From Fidelibacterota bacterium UBA6630 (lineage in GTDB: Bacteria > Fidelibacterota > Marinisomatia > Marinisomatales > TCS55), in NCBI GenBank assembly GCA_002455835.1, contig DKLW01000032.1:1-56292 (forward strand): a stretch of DNA of 56,292 bases, written 5' to 3'. A model generated the notes under the pieces. That model saw nothing but the letters and a program-made list of their open reading frames with translations, did no database searches and had not been told where the DNA came from. Shown in pieces: positions 48,165 through 56,292 of this stretch (within the stretch, counting starts at the first letter, position 1; every line of letters starts with the position of its first letter). The position numbers and the translations under genes are program-made.

Positions 48165-51100
48165 ATGTATTTTCTAATTTCACCGATGGCTAAAATCAAA
48201 AAAACGATCCAAAATTCCTTGGGAGGTAAACCCCAAGTTCAGGATTTATTTGATTCGGGTAAAGCGCTCATGGATTCAAATGAAAATGATGCCATCCATG
48301 CCTTTTTAGAATTGGGGCACCTCCCTGCAGTGAATCGAACTATAGCTGACGCAAATAAAGTGGATGAATGGTTTGCCGTCATTCATGAACTCATACTTCA
48401 ATCCAATTTTAATGTGGCTGCCTTAATGAAACAACGAGTGGAACGTTATAGAAACAAACCCCTATTTCAATCCATTGTGGAGAATGAAATTACTGCCCAT
48501 ACCTACGAAAATGTCTGGGAAACGGTTCAATCTATTGGTTCATATTTCTGCACTCAATTAAATGAAGATAAAACGGTGGGCATTTTTACATCGAATCATT
48601 TAAATGGTGTATTGATTGATTTGGCCTGCCTTACTTATGGCGTTCGTGTGGTGCCTATCCCACTCAATTTATCAGCTGATCATTTGGATTATGTTTTGGA
48701 TCACGCTGAAATCACTCATTTATTTATGGGTAGTAATCAGGCACGAGAATTGTTAACGGAAGCAAAACGAAGTACATCATCATTAAATGCCGTCCAAATT
48801 GATGAAGATAATCAATGGAATGACTTTCTTTCCACCTGCAGCCAATCCAAAATCATTCATCCAAAATCGAAAAATATTCAATCATTGGCCTCGGTGATGT
48901 ACACTTCGGGGACGACCGATAATCCCAAAGGTATTATCTTCACCCAAGAAAATATTATCACCAAACGATTTGCCCGTGCATTAGCTTTAACGGAGGTTGG
49001 CCCTGATGATAGTTTTCTTTGCTACCTCCCCCTCTATCATACATTCGGAAGATGGTTTGAAATGGCGGGATCTATTTTTTGTGGATCCACTTACACATTT
49101 ACAGAATCTACCTCATTTAAGATCCTACTTCGAGATTTCATAATTGCCAAACCATCCATATTTATTTCTATCCCAAAACGGTGGATTCAAATCCAGGAGC
49201 AAGTGGCTGCATCTATCCCGATAGAAAAATCGGAAGATGCTGAAATTGCAGCAGTAACCCAAACCATCACTGGTGGAAGATTAAAATGGGGACTCTCTGC
49301 CGCCGGCTATCTCGATCCGGATATTTTTAGATTTTTTCATCAAAATAATATCAACCTTTTGAGTGGATATGGCATGACAGAGGCCACAGGGGGCATCACC
49401 ATGACACCACCCAATGATTATGTAGCGGAATCTGTAGGCAAGACCCTCCCCGGGATTGAATTAAGATTGGGTAAAGATCATGAACTCCTCATGCGTGGCC
49501 CTTACGTTTCTTCTGGCTATTATAAAGATGAAATTGAAAATTCTCGCACCGATGATTGGTTTCATTCCGGAGATATTTTTAAAGAGAAACGGGGCCATTA
49601 CTTTATTGTGGACCGTAAAAAGGAAATATATAAAAATAGCCGCGGCCAAACTATTTCACCTCAAAAAATTGAAAATTTATTCCAAGATTTTGAAGCCATC
49701 CGATCGGTGTTTTTAGTGGGGGACGGAAAAGAGTTCAACACCATCCTACTCTACCCCGAACCGGAAAACGATGCATTGGACTTGGTGACAATGTCTACGG
49801 AAGAAACTCGCACTTATTTCAGTTCATTGGTTTTTTCTGTAAATACATTTTTACCCTCCTATGAACGGATTGTGAATTATGCCATCATTCCCCGAGATTT
49901 TGATCATGACCACGATGAACTGACTCCAAAAAACACCTATAAACGGAAAAAAATCCTCAAGCACTTTTCTGATGTGATTGATCCCATGTATGAAAAGAAT
50001 TATATCAGCCTCATTCATGGAGATTATGAGGTAAAAATCCCTAATTGGCTCTTGAGAGAGAAAAGTCTGACTCGTGGAGATATCCGCTGGGATGGAAAGC
50101 AGATTCGAGAATATGAATTGACTGTAGGGTTATCCTTAAAATGGACGAAGAAGTCTCTGCGCATTGGTCACTACCATTACCATACCAATGAGACGACTGT
50201 AAGTTTAGAGAAGCTCCTCCGTGATCCCACCATGTGGATTGGCAATCAAGCATTGGTAGATTTTATTGGTGACGTGGGATTTCGCATAGTGGCCTTCGAA
50301 CCCTATCGCGGTTTTACGGTCGATCATGCTTCCCTCCCTTTTCAATCCAATGCCCATTCAATTACGGATGCACCTCCATATCATGAAGGGGAACCAAACA
50401 CCACATCATTACATCAAGCAGCCCATAATTTATTTGAATCGGATGCCCAACATATTCGTGTCGCGTTGGATTATTTACATTCGGCCATAAATTCGCCCAC
50501 TCATCAACTCGTTATTCAAGACCAATTGCTTCGACTGGCGCATCACCCTGATCCGTCTATTTGGGTTCGAGCTTTAGAGATGCTCATGCCTCACATCAAT
50601 GGAGATATGTTTATTAATCTCTATCGCCACACCAAAGATTTGGATGCCATGTCTGCATTCGATCCATCTTTCATTGAGGCCCACCATCTAGAATCGATGA
50701 TTCGCCTATTGACAGATTTCCGACATTCGAAAAAAATGAAAAAGGCTGAAGTTCGGCTCGGAAAAGCACTCATCCATCTCATTACAGAACTGGGATTAAA
50801 GCATCCTACCCATTTGGTGCGAATCCGAGGTGAACTCACCCTGTGGATGCTCGTATCTAAAAATAATACCTTATCCCAATTAGCACGGGCCAACCGAGCC
50901 ATCCTTAATGATGGTTTCCGTACATGGATTAGCGAAAAGTTTGATCCAACTTTTGACTGGTCACACCTAATCCAATTTGATCATAATGTGAGCAAATCCC
51001 TTCAGGAAATCATTGAAAAAGCTATTCGAGAGTCAACTCTGATTCAAGAGTCGGTTTTTATTTTTTCAAAAGGAATGCGGATTCAATTAACAGATATTGC

Positions 51101-52655
51101 ATCGGAAGGGGTTTGGCTTACACTATTGGGCAGCGGACATGGAAAATACGTTGTCCGGACTTTGGTCCAACTCAAGAATAAGCAGGCCTATAATTTTGTT
51201 ATTAATGTAAATGACGATTTAAATGCATCCCGATTTAAGCGTGAAACCAATTGGCTTATATCCATTGGTGCCAGCGTGGCCAAAGATAAACTGGTGGAAG
51301 ATTTTGGATCGGTTTGGGAAGAATATGATGTTTTTACAGAAGAGTATATCCCTGGAGAAACAGTAAGTCAGTATTTGAATCGCAACCAGGATGAGATTGC
51401 CTCTGGCGCTTATCCAGATCGATGGCAGATGCGATGGCTACATTTCATATGGAATGCAGTGGCTGCATATATTGAATTTTGGAAGCGATCAGGCCAGACG
51501 CGGATGATCGAGGATGCATCTCCGCGAAATGTTATCATCCCTGAATTTGATTATTATACAGGTACACGATTAGTTTCAATTGCGGGCCGAAAAAAAGCAG
51601 ATTCCATCTCAGATGTGTTAACAGCCCTCTACCAACAATTTATACTTGAGACAGAAGCCCAACTACCGGGATTGAAAAAAATGGCAGAATGGGAAATCCT
51701 CTTTACAGTCGTCCTTGAAATTTTTGGTACCGATGAAGGTAGCCGATTATTGAAAACGATTAAATCATCTCAGAATGAAATGGGCCTGAAACAATCGCGA
51801 GTCCAGTCATTCCTAAATGATGTATCCGAATTCGGATTGTTGAGAAAACTGGTTGTTTTTGCCTCCCTCCGATATCAGCGATGGTTAGATTTGAACCCTG
51901 AAGCAACTCATAAAGCCAAGGGTATTATTATCCAGGATTTATATAAAGATTACAAACTCCAGCAGATGATTGTGCGTTATCCGGAAACACGAATTCGCTT
52001 TTTTCTCATGACCGCTTTTCGGGATGCCAACCAAGATTTGGTGATACGTTTGAAAGCACTCATGAATCAGATGCGATCCGAATCGATTTCAGAAGAACAA
52101 TTGGAAAAGCATCTCCATCATATCCATGATGAAGTGGAATTGACTGAGTCAGAAAAATATTTTCTGACACGCCTTGTATTTGAGCATGTGGATGCGGCAG
52201 ATTATGCAGAATTGATATCTAGGGATATTGGCGAAAAAGGTCGATTGGATTTGGTGGTATTGGTGGAAGATTCATCAGGGCAGACATTCAAAATTAGACC
52301 GCCATTTCATCCAAAAGAAGTAGCCCGTTTTCACCGGATCCTCTTAGATGCAAAATTAGATGTTCAATTTGAAACGCACCACGCATTCCTGCTATTGCTT
52401 GATAATAAAGATCATATAGCCGGCGGTGTATTCTGGAAGAAAACTGGTCCTGCCATTGCTCATTTAGAAAAAGTCGTCATTGCTCCTCATTATCAGAAGA
52501 GCAATTTAAGCATTCGTGTGGTAGAGGAGTTGTTTAAGCGACTGCGATTGAAGAAGTATAAATTCCTCACGGTAGGATTTTTCCAATCGGGATTGTTTTA
52601 TAAACTTGGCTTTGAGATTGATCAGAAGTTCGGTGGATTAGTTAAGAAATTATAG
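48165..52655 (+). CDS. 1496-aa multidomain protein: AMP-forming acyl-CoA synthetase-like domain, large uncharacterised region with a kinase-like signature, and a C-terminal GNAT acyltransferase
   Basis: N-terminal about 600 aa: YTSGTTDNPKG, GYGMTEATGG, WFHSGDIFKEKRGHYFIVDRKKE, ELTPKNTYKRKK. Middle region: LLGSGHGKYVV, FTEEYIPGETVSQYL, MIEDASPRNVIIP. C-terminus: HLEKVVIAPHYQKSNLSIRVVEELFKRLRLKKYKFLTVGF...LFYKLGFE (GNAT motif-A-like). One uninterrupted ORF; alternative ATG at 48186. Confidence 0.75.
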   Translation: MYFLISPMAKIKKTIQNSLGGKPQVQDLFDSGKALMDSNENDAIHAFLELGHLPAVNRTIADANKVDEWFAVIHELILQSNFNVAALMKQRVERYRNKPLFQSIVENEITAHTYENVWETVQSIGSYFCTQLNEDKTVGIFTSNHLNGVLIDLACLTYGVRVVPIPLNLSADHLDYVLDHAEITHLFMGSNQARELLTEAKRSTSSLNAVQIDEDNQWNDFLSTCSQSKIIHPKSKNIQSLASVMYTSGTTDNPKGIIFTQENIITKRFARALALTEVGPDDSFLCYLPLYHTFGRWFEMAGSIFCGSTYTFTESTSFKILLRDFIIAKPSIFISIPKRWIQIQEQVAASIPIEKSEDAEIAAVTQTITGGRLKWGLSAAGYLDPDIFRFFHQNNINLLSGYGMTEATGGITMTPPNDYVAESVGKTLPGIELRLGKDHELLMRGPYVSSGYYKDEIENSRTDDWFHSGDIFKEKRGHYFIVDRKKEIYKNSRGQTISPQKIENLFQDFEAIRSVFLVGDGKEFNTILLYPEPENDALDLVTMSTEETRTYFSSLVFSVNTFLPSYERIVNYAIIPRDFDHDHDELTPKNTYKRKKILKHFSDVIDPMYEKNYISLIHGDYEVKIPNWLLREKSLTRGDIRWDGKQIREYELTVGLSLKWTKKSLRIGHYHYHTNETTVSLEKLLRDPTMWIGNQALVDFIGDVGFRIVAFEPYRGFTVDHASLPFQSNAHSITDAPPYHEGEPNTTSLHQAAHNLFESDAQHIRVALDYLHSAINSPTHQLVIQDQLLRLAHHPDPSIWVRALEMLMPHINGDMFINLYRHTKDLDAMSAFDPSFIEAHHLESMIRLLTDFRHSKKMKKAEVRLGKALIHLITELGLKHPTHLVRIRGELTLWMLVSKNNTLSQLARANRAILNDGFRTWISEKFDPTFDWSHLIQFDHNVSKSLQEIIEKAIRESTLIQESVFIFSKGMRIQLTDIASEGVWLTLLGSGHGKYVVRTLVQLKNKQAYNFVINVNDDLNASRFKRETNWLISIGASVAKDKLVEDFGSVWEEYDVFTEEYIPGETVSQYLNRNQDEIASGAYPDRWQMRWLHFIWNAVAAYIEFWKRSGQTRMIEDASPRNVIIPEFDYYTGTRLVSIAGRKKADSISDVLTALYQQFILETEAQLPGLKKMAEWEILFTVVLEIFGTDEGSRLLKTIKSSQNEMGLKQSRVQSFLNDVSEFGLLRKLVVFASLRYQRWLDLNPEATHKAKGIIIQDLYKDYKLQQMIVRYPETRIRFFLMTAFRDANQDLVIRLKALMNQMRSESISEEQLEKHLHHIHDEVELTESEKYFLTRLVFEHVDAADYAELISRDIGEKGRLDLVVLVEDSSGQTFKIRPPFHPKEVARFHRILLDAKLDVQFETHHAFLLLLDNKDHIAGGVFWKKTGPAIAHLEKVVIAPHYQKSNLSIRVVEELFKRLRLKKYKFLTVGFFQSGLFYKLGFEIDQKFGGLVKKL

Positions 52656-52682
52656 AGTTGATTAACTAATTCAATCCATATT

Positions 52683-53204
52683 TTAATACAGCATCAAATA
52701 AATCAGCACACCGGTAACGGATACATATAGCCAAAGCGGTAATGTAATCTTTGCAATCTTTCGATGTTTAACCAATTGATCTGTCCACCCTCTGTAGAGG
52801 GTCAATAAAGCCAATGGTATGATGATGGCCGCTAGTACAATATGGGTGAATAAAATGAACAGATAGATTTCGGTGAATTCACCTGTGTATTGTTTTGGTC
52901 CTGCCTTGAACCAATGATAAATAATGTAGGAGACTAAAAAAGCACCAGACGTCCCAAAGGAGGCCAGCATTACATTCTTATGTCGCCGCCGTTGTCTTTG
53001 GCGAATCAGAATATAGCCATAGACCAAAAGAACTGTAGTAATGCTATTTAATGTGGCATTCACCATGGGGAGGGCAGACACATCCAATGCGCCTTCGATT
53101 CCTTCAGGGCGAGGTCCAAGAATGAGAAAGGCCACAGCGGCGGATATGACCACCGATACAATATAGATGATCTTCAGCCAGAAATTGTCTTGAGCGGACT
53201 TCAT
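52683..53204 (-). CDS. DUF420 membrane protein (cytochrome oxidase-associated)
   Basis: Four to five TM segments with conserved His-containing helices. ATGA overlap with the upstream SCO gene. The genomic context is typical of DUF420. Confidence 0.6.
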   Translation of the reverse strand: MKSAQDNFWLKIIYIVSVVISAAVAFLILGPRPEGIEGALDVSALPMVNATLNSITTVLLVYGYILIRQRQRRRHKNVMLASFGTSGAFLVSYIIYHWFKAGPKQYTGEFTEIYLFILFTHIVLAAIIIPLALLTLYRGWTDQLVKHRKIAKITLPLWLYVSVTGVLIYLMLY

Positions 53205-53782
53205 TTTTTGTTGATGAGGGTTTTCATGTCCTGTTTTAATTGAGTCATTTCTTCCGTTTTCATACCATTATAGTATCCGCGAATCTGACCCTGTTGATCC
53301 ACTAATGCAAACTTTTCACTGTGAAATATAATATCTTCATAATCACCAATTTTGAATCCGTCTTTAATAATATCCTGAACAGATTCTTCCGGTCCGGTCA
53401 AAAAGTGCCAGCGATCGGTGTTTGCATCATATCGAGACGCATACTCAGCCAAAACTTCCGGTGTATCATATTCAGGATATACAGATATAGATACGATGCG
53501 CACATCATCATTTTCTCTAAATGCCTTATGGACAATATTCATATTCCCTGTCATCACAGGACAGGCCATATTACATGTAGTGAAAATAAAATCAGCCACC
53601 CACACTTTACCCGTCATATTGGCTTTGGTTATGGTTTCACCATGACTATCGGTGAATGAAAAGTCCGGGACAGTACCAATCACAGGCAAGACAGGTATCT
53701 TATCCGATTCTTTAATGAAATAAGTGACAATCAAAAAGACTGCTACCACTCCATAAATGATAAATCGTGTTTTTTGGTTCAT
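53201..53782 (-). CDS. SCO1/SenC-family copper chaperone
   Basis: Thioredoxin-fold with FIFTTCNMACPVM (CxxxCP) and an N-terminal anchor. Confidence 0.85.
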   Translation of the reverse strand: MNQKTRFIIYGVVAVFLIVTYFIKESDKIPVLPVIGTVPDFSFTDSHGETITKANMTGKVWVADFIFTTCNMACPVMTGNMNIVHKAFRENDDVRIVSISVYPEYDTPEVLAEYASRYDANTDRWHFLTGPEESVQDIIKDGFKIGDYEDIIFHSEKFALVDQQGQIRGYYNGMKTEEMTQLKQDMKTLINKK

Positions 53783-54666
53783 GTTTTTAATCCTAAATCA
53801 ATCATAATGATAATGAGAAGCGCCGGTAAGTAAAATACAGATACCTTTAATAACAACAATGCACTTTTATGGGATCGATCTTTCGCCAATGGAATGGCCG
53901 ATATAAAGAACCCACATGAAATAATGGTAACACCGATGAGATAAATCATGCCCAAGGATCCTTCAACCACCGGTAATAGTGAAACAGGGATCATGAGAAG
54001 CAGGTGCCAAAATATCTGGCGCATGGTTCGGGTGCCATCCGGCTCAATCACGGGCAGCATTTTAAAATCGGCAGCAGCATAATCATCTTTGCACATCCAG
54101 GCAATGGCATAAAAATGGGGATGCTGCCAGAGATACATAATTCCAAACAGAATCCAAGCCATGGTGCCAATTTCACCTGTAGCTGCAGTCATACCACCAA
54201 TAATAGGCATGGCCCCTGGGATAGATCCGATGGATGTATTCAGCCAAGTGATTCGTTTGAGGGGTGTATAAATGGCGATATAAAGAAAAGCTGTAAGGAT
54301 AGATAGAAATCCCGTGAGCATATTCACTTGGGATACTAAAATCACACTCCCAATTACCACCATACTTACACCATAGATAATGACACTCAATGGCGAAATG
54401 CTTCCTACTGCAATAGGCCTATTTTTGGTCCTGGTCATCAATTGATCTGGCTTCCGTTCCAAATAATGGTTTAAGGCACCGGCACCGGCAGATGTCATGG
54501 CCGTACCCAGTAAGGTAAAACCGAGCAAAGACCATGAACCAATGCCATTATTTCCTAAATAATACCCCAAAAATGTGGACACTAAGACTAAGGATAGAAT
54601 ATTTAGCTTACTCAGTTCAACGAAAATACTGAATGTGGATTTTGCTTGTTGTTTCTCTAGCTTCAC
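53779..54666 (-). CDS. ctaB: Protoheme IX farnesyltransferase (heme O synthase)
   Basis: UbiA-family polytopic protein (NHYLERKPDQLMTRTKNRP). I prefer GTG at 54666, which forms a GTGA overlap with the ctaA stop. The ATG at 54723 would overlap ctaA by 61 nt. Confidence 0.85.
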   Translation of the reverse strand: MKLEKQQAKSTFSIFVELSKLNILSLVLVSTFLGYYLGNNGIGSWSLLGFTLLGTAMTSAGAGALNHYLERKPDQLMTRTKNRPIAVGSISPLSVIIYGVSMVVIGSVILVSQVNMLTGFLSILTAFLYIAIYTPLKRITWLNTSIGSIPGAMPIIGGMTAATGEIGTMAWILFGIMYLWQHPHFYAIAWMCKDDYAAADFKMLPVIEPDGTRTMRQIFWHLLLMIPVSLLPVVEGSLGMIYLIGVTIISCGFFISAIPLAKDRSHKSALLLLKVSVFYLPALLIIIMIDLGLKT

Positions 54667-55652
54667 TTCAACTTCCAACCATTCAATTTTAGTGAATTTA
54701 CCTTTAATAAAAAGAGAGTGCATAATCCCAAGAGTCCTGCACCGGTCACTACATGAAAACTGGCAATATAAGGAGCGCGAACGGATAGCACTGTTAAGGC
54801 GCCCAATGAAAATTGAATGACCAGAATGGTCATGATACTCATTAAGGTAAATTGTCCAAACTTATTTTCTTTTATTTCGGGTCCATACTTGACGTAAAAA
54901 TAACCGATAATACCTGTTACCACGACTGCACCCAATCGATGTAAAAAGTGAATAATAACTTGTCCCTTGGATACGGGATCTAAATCTAGATCAAATAATA
55001 TAGAATTAATATTTTCTACCATCCCGCTCGTGAATGTGGGGATCCATAAACCGCCCATGGTTGGGAAGTCCGGAATGGCCAACCCGGATGCAGTGTGGCG
55101 CATAAGAGCACCTAAAATGAGTTGAATATAGACAGCCAAACCCATGAGCATGGCCCCTTTACGTATGGGAAGGACCATCCCATTTTCAATACGGATTTGC
55201 CTTTCCTTAGACAGGCTATAGGCAATAATAATGGTCATAATAAAAAATGTTTGAGCCAAAATACCATGGATGATTGACACAGGTGGCGGTAAGAAAAACA
55301 AGACTGTTATCCCACCGAATAGGCCTTGAATAATCACCATAGCTAGTGCGCCATACCCCAGTTTTTTCAACCAATATGGATAGTTAGAGAACCCCAACCA
55401 AATAGCCTGAATCATAGTAAATAAACCAACAATGGTTGCGATCATTCGGTGGCCGTGTTCGTAAAAAATACCGCCCACCATATCCGATAAAGGAAAGGCA
55501 AACATTTGTTTCCCATAGGTTGTGGGCCAATCGGGAACGGACAACCCCACTTCGTGGCTTTTCACCAATGCACCTGCAAAAATAAGGAACAAGGTTGAAA
55601 AAACAGTCAGTTTAGACAGGCGCCTAAGCCAGGTATTGGATGGTGAATTCAT
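54663..55652 (-). CDS. ctaA: COX15/CtaA-family heme A synthase
   Basis: Eight TM segments with conserved His pairs (YEHGHRM, FLHRLGA). Adjacent to ctaB. Confidence 0.8.
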   Translation of the reverse strand: MNSPSNTWLRRLSKLTVFSTLFLIFAGALVKSHEVGLSVPDWPTTYGKQMFAFPLSDMVGGIFYEHGHRMIATIVGLFTMIQAIWLGFSNYPYWLKKLGYGALAMVIIQGLFGGITVLFFLPPPVSIIHGILAQTFFIMTIIIAYSLSKERQIRIENGMVLPIRKGAMLMGLAVYIQLILGALMRHTASGLAIPDFPTMGGLWIPTFTSGMVENINSILFDLDLDPVSKGQVIIHFLHRLGAVVVTGIIGYFYVKYGPEIKENKFGQFTLMSIMTILVIQFSLGALTVLSVRAPYIASFHVVTGAGLLGLCTLFLLKVNSLKLNGWKLK

Positions 55653-55728
55653 CTTTGATTATTCCCCTGATAAACAGATGTCAAATTTACAATTTACTGG
55701 TGATTTTTCCCTTCATTAATCCCAATAA

Positions 55729-55766
55729 AAAACCCCTATTTATTCTGACAAATGCATAGAGGTTTT
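55729..55766 (-). terminator. Candidate intrinsic terminator downstream of coxB
   Basis: On the minus strand: AAAACCTCTAT-loop16-ATAGGGGTTTT followed by TT. One G-U pair and a large loop. Confidence 0.35.
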
Positions 55767-55788
55767 CAAGAATTTTTTAGATTAGGAT

Positions 55789-56292
55789 TTACCAGTCCTC
55801 GTCGTCACCCCAATCGTCCTCATCATCTTCAACGATATATTGCTTTTGCTCTTCCAGCCAATTCGCATACCCTTCATAGTCATGAATGGTCAAAAACCCT
55901 TTCATGCGGTAATGACCCAATCCACACAATTGAGCACATGAAATTTCAAAACCTTTTCCCTCTCTTGCCGTCCCCACTGTCGTCTTTAAAAATTCCTCAG
56001 TGGTCATGGTCGCTTCAAACCAAACAGGAATTTCCATCCCGGGGATGGCATCCTGCTTCACACGCAATTCTGTAAGGCCAAAACTGTGAATCACATCTTT
56101 TGATGATAATGAAATATTGATAGGTTTATTCACAGGAATATGGAGCTGATTGATGGTAAAAATATCATCCTTAGCAAATTCATCACTGCGGTCTAAACCG
56201 ATGGGATTTTCAACCTCATCCACCAAATCAGCAGATGTTTTCCCAAATACACCATCATCACCGGGATAATGAATATTCCATGCAAACTGCTG
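55789..56292 (-). CDS. coxB: Cytochrome c oxidase subunit II, C-terminal cupredoxin part (5' end outside the window)
   Basis: CuA site HSFGL ... CAQLCGLGHYRM. The frame is open to the window edge (QQFAWNIHYPGDDGVFGK...); the track's 'M' at 56226 is an internal TTG. Confidence 0.85.
   Translation of the reverse strand, partial: QQFAWNIHYPGDDGVFGKTSADLVDEVENPIGLDRSDEFAKDDIFTINQLHIPVNKPINISLSSKDVIHSFGLTELRVKQDAIPGMEIPVWFEATMTTEEFLKTTVGTAREGKGFEISCAQLCGLGHYRMKGFLTIHDYEGYANWLEEQKQYIVEDDEDDWGDDEDW

Overview
AT-rich (by eye) bacterial chromosomal window, densely coding, with no rRNA, tRNA, CRISPR array, transposase, integrase or recognisable defence genes. A type IX secretion C-terminal sorting domain on one protein, many lipoprotein signal peptides and mostly Shine-Dalgarno-poor starts suggest an FCB-superphylum (Bacteroidota-like or related candidate phylum) heterotroph; this is inference. 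Seven modules are visible. (1) 1-11068, all minus strand: Xaa-Pro aminopeptidase, SAM methyltransferase, hydroxylysine-kinase-like APH kinase, AGXT2L-type PLP phospho-lyase, GH2 beta-galactosidase, Na+/solute symporter, a proline-racemase-family enzyme with the Cys/Thr pair of trans-3-hydroxy-L-proline dehydratases, and a BNR sialidase-like protein. Together these look like a salvage locus for hydroxylated or galactosylated amino acids. (2) 11069-12840: an unusually long AT-rich intergenic region with a perfect 14-bp palindrome and a strong intrinsic terminator in a 5' leader, an orphan anchored protein and a PAP2 phosphatase. (3) 12841-31084: a roughly 18-kb two-strand peptidoglycan/muropeptide scavenging supercluster (lysA-like, T9SS-secreted GH18, NamZ/DUF1343, PBP4, PqqB-like MBL, SSS permease, DUF1460, NagZ fused to an AmiE-like serine hydrolase, a second NagZ, BadF-type sugar kinase, signal-less SpoIID/LytB, AmpG, HGSNAT-like acyltransferase). 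(4) 31081-37595: a LIV-type ABC importer followed by a long-chain acyl-CoA synthetase. (5) 37763-48084: two tandem CBM9/DUF5916-type outer-membrane paralogues, pterin carbinolamine dehydratase, MATE, a gene remnant, FmdB zinc ribbon, DUF6132-like protein, SLC13/TrkA-C permease and a GAF-HD-GYP protein. (6) 48165-52655: one 1496-aa ORF fusing an AMP-forming acyl-CoA-synthetase-like domain, a large uncharacterised region with a kinase-like signature, and a C-terminal GNAT. This is my top candidate for something undescribed. (7) 52683-56292: an ordinary cytochrome c oxidase assembly cluster (DUF420, SCO, CtaB, CtaA, CoxB partial). All family calls rest on motifs read from the translations; no database search was run.
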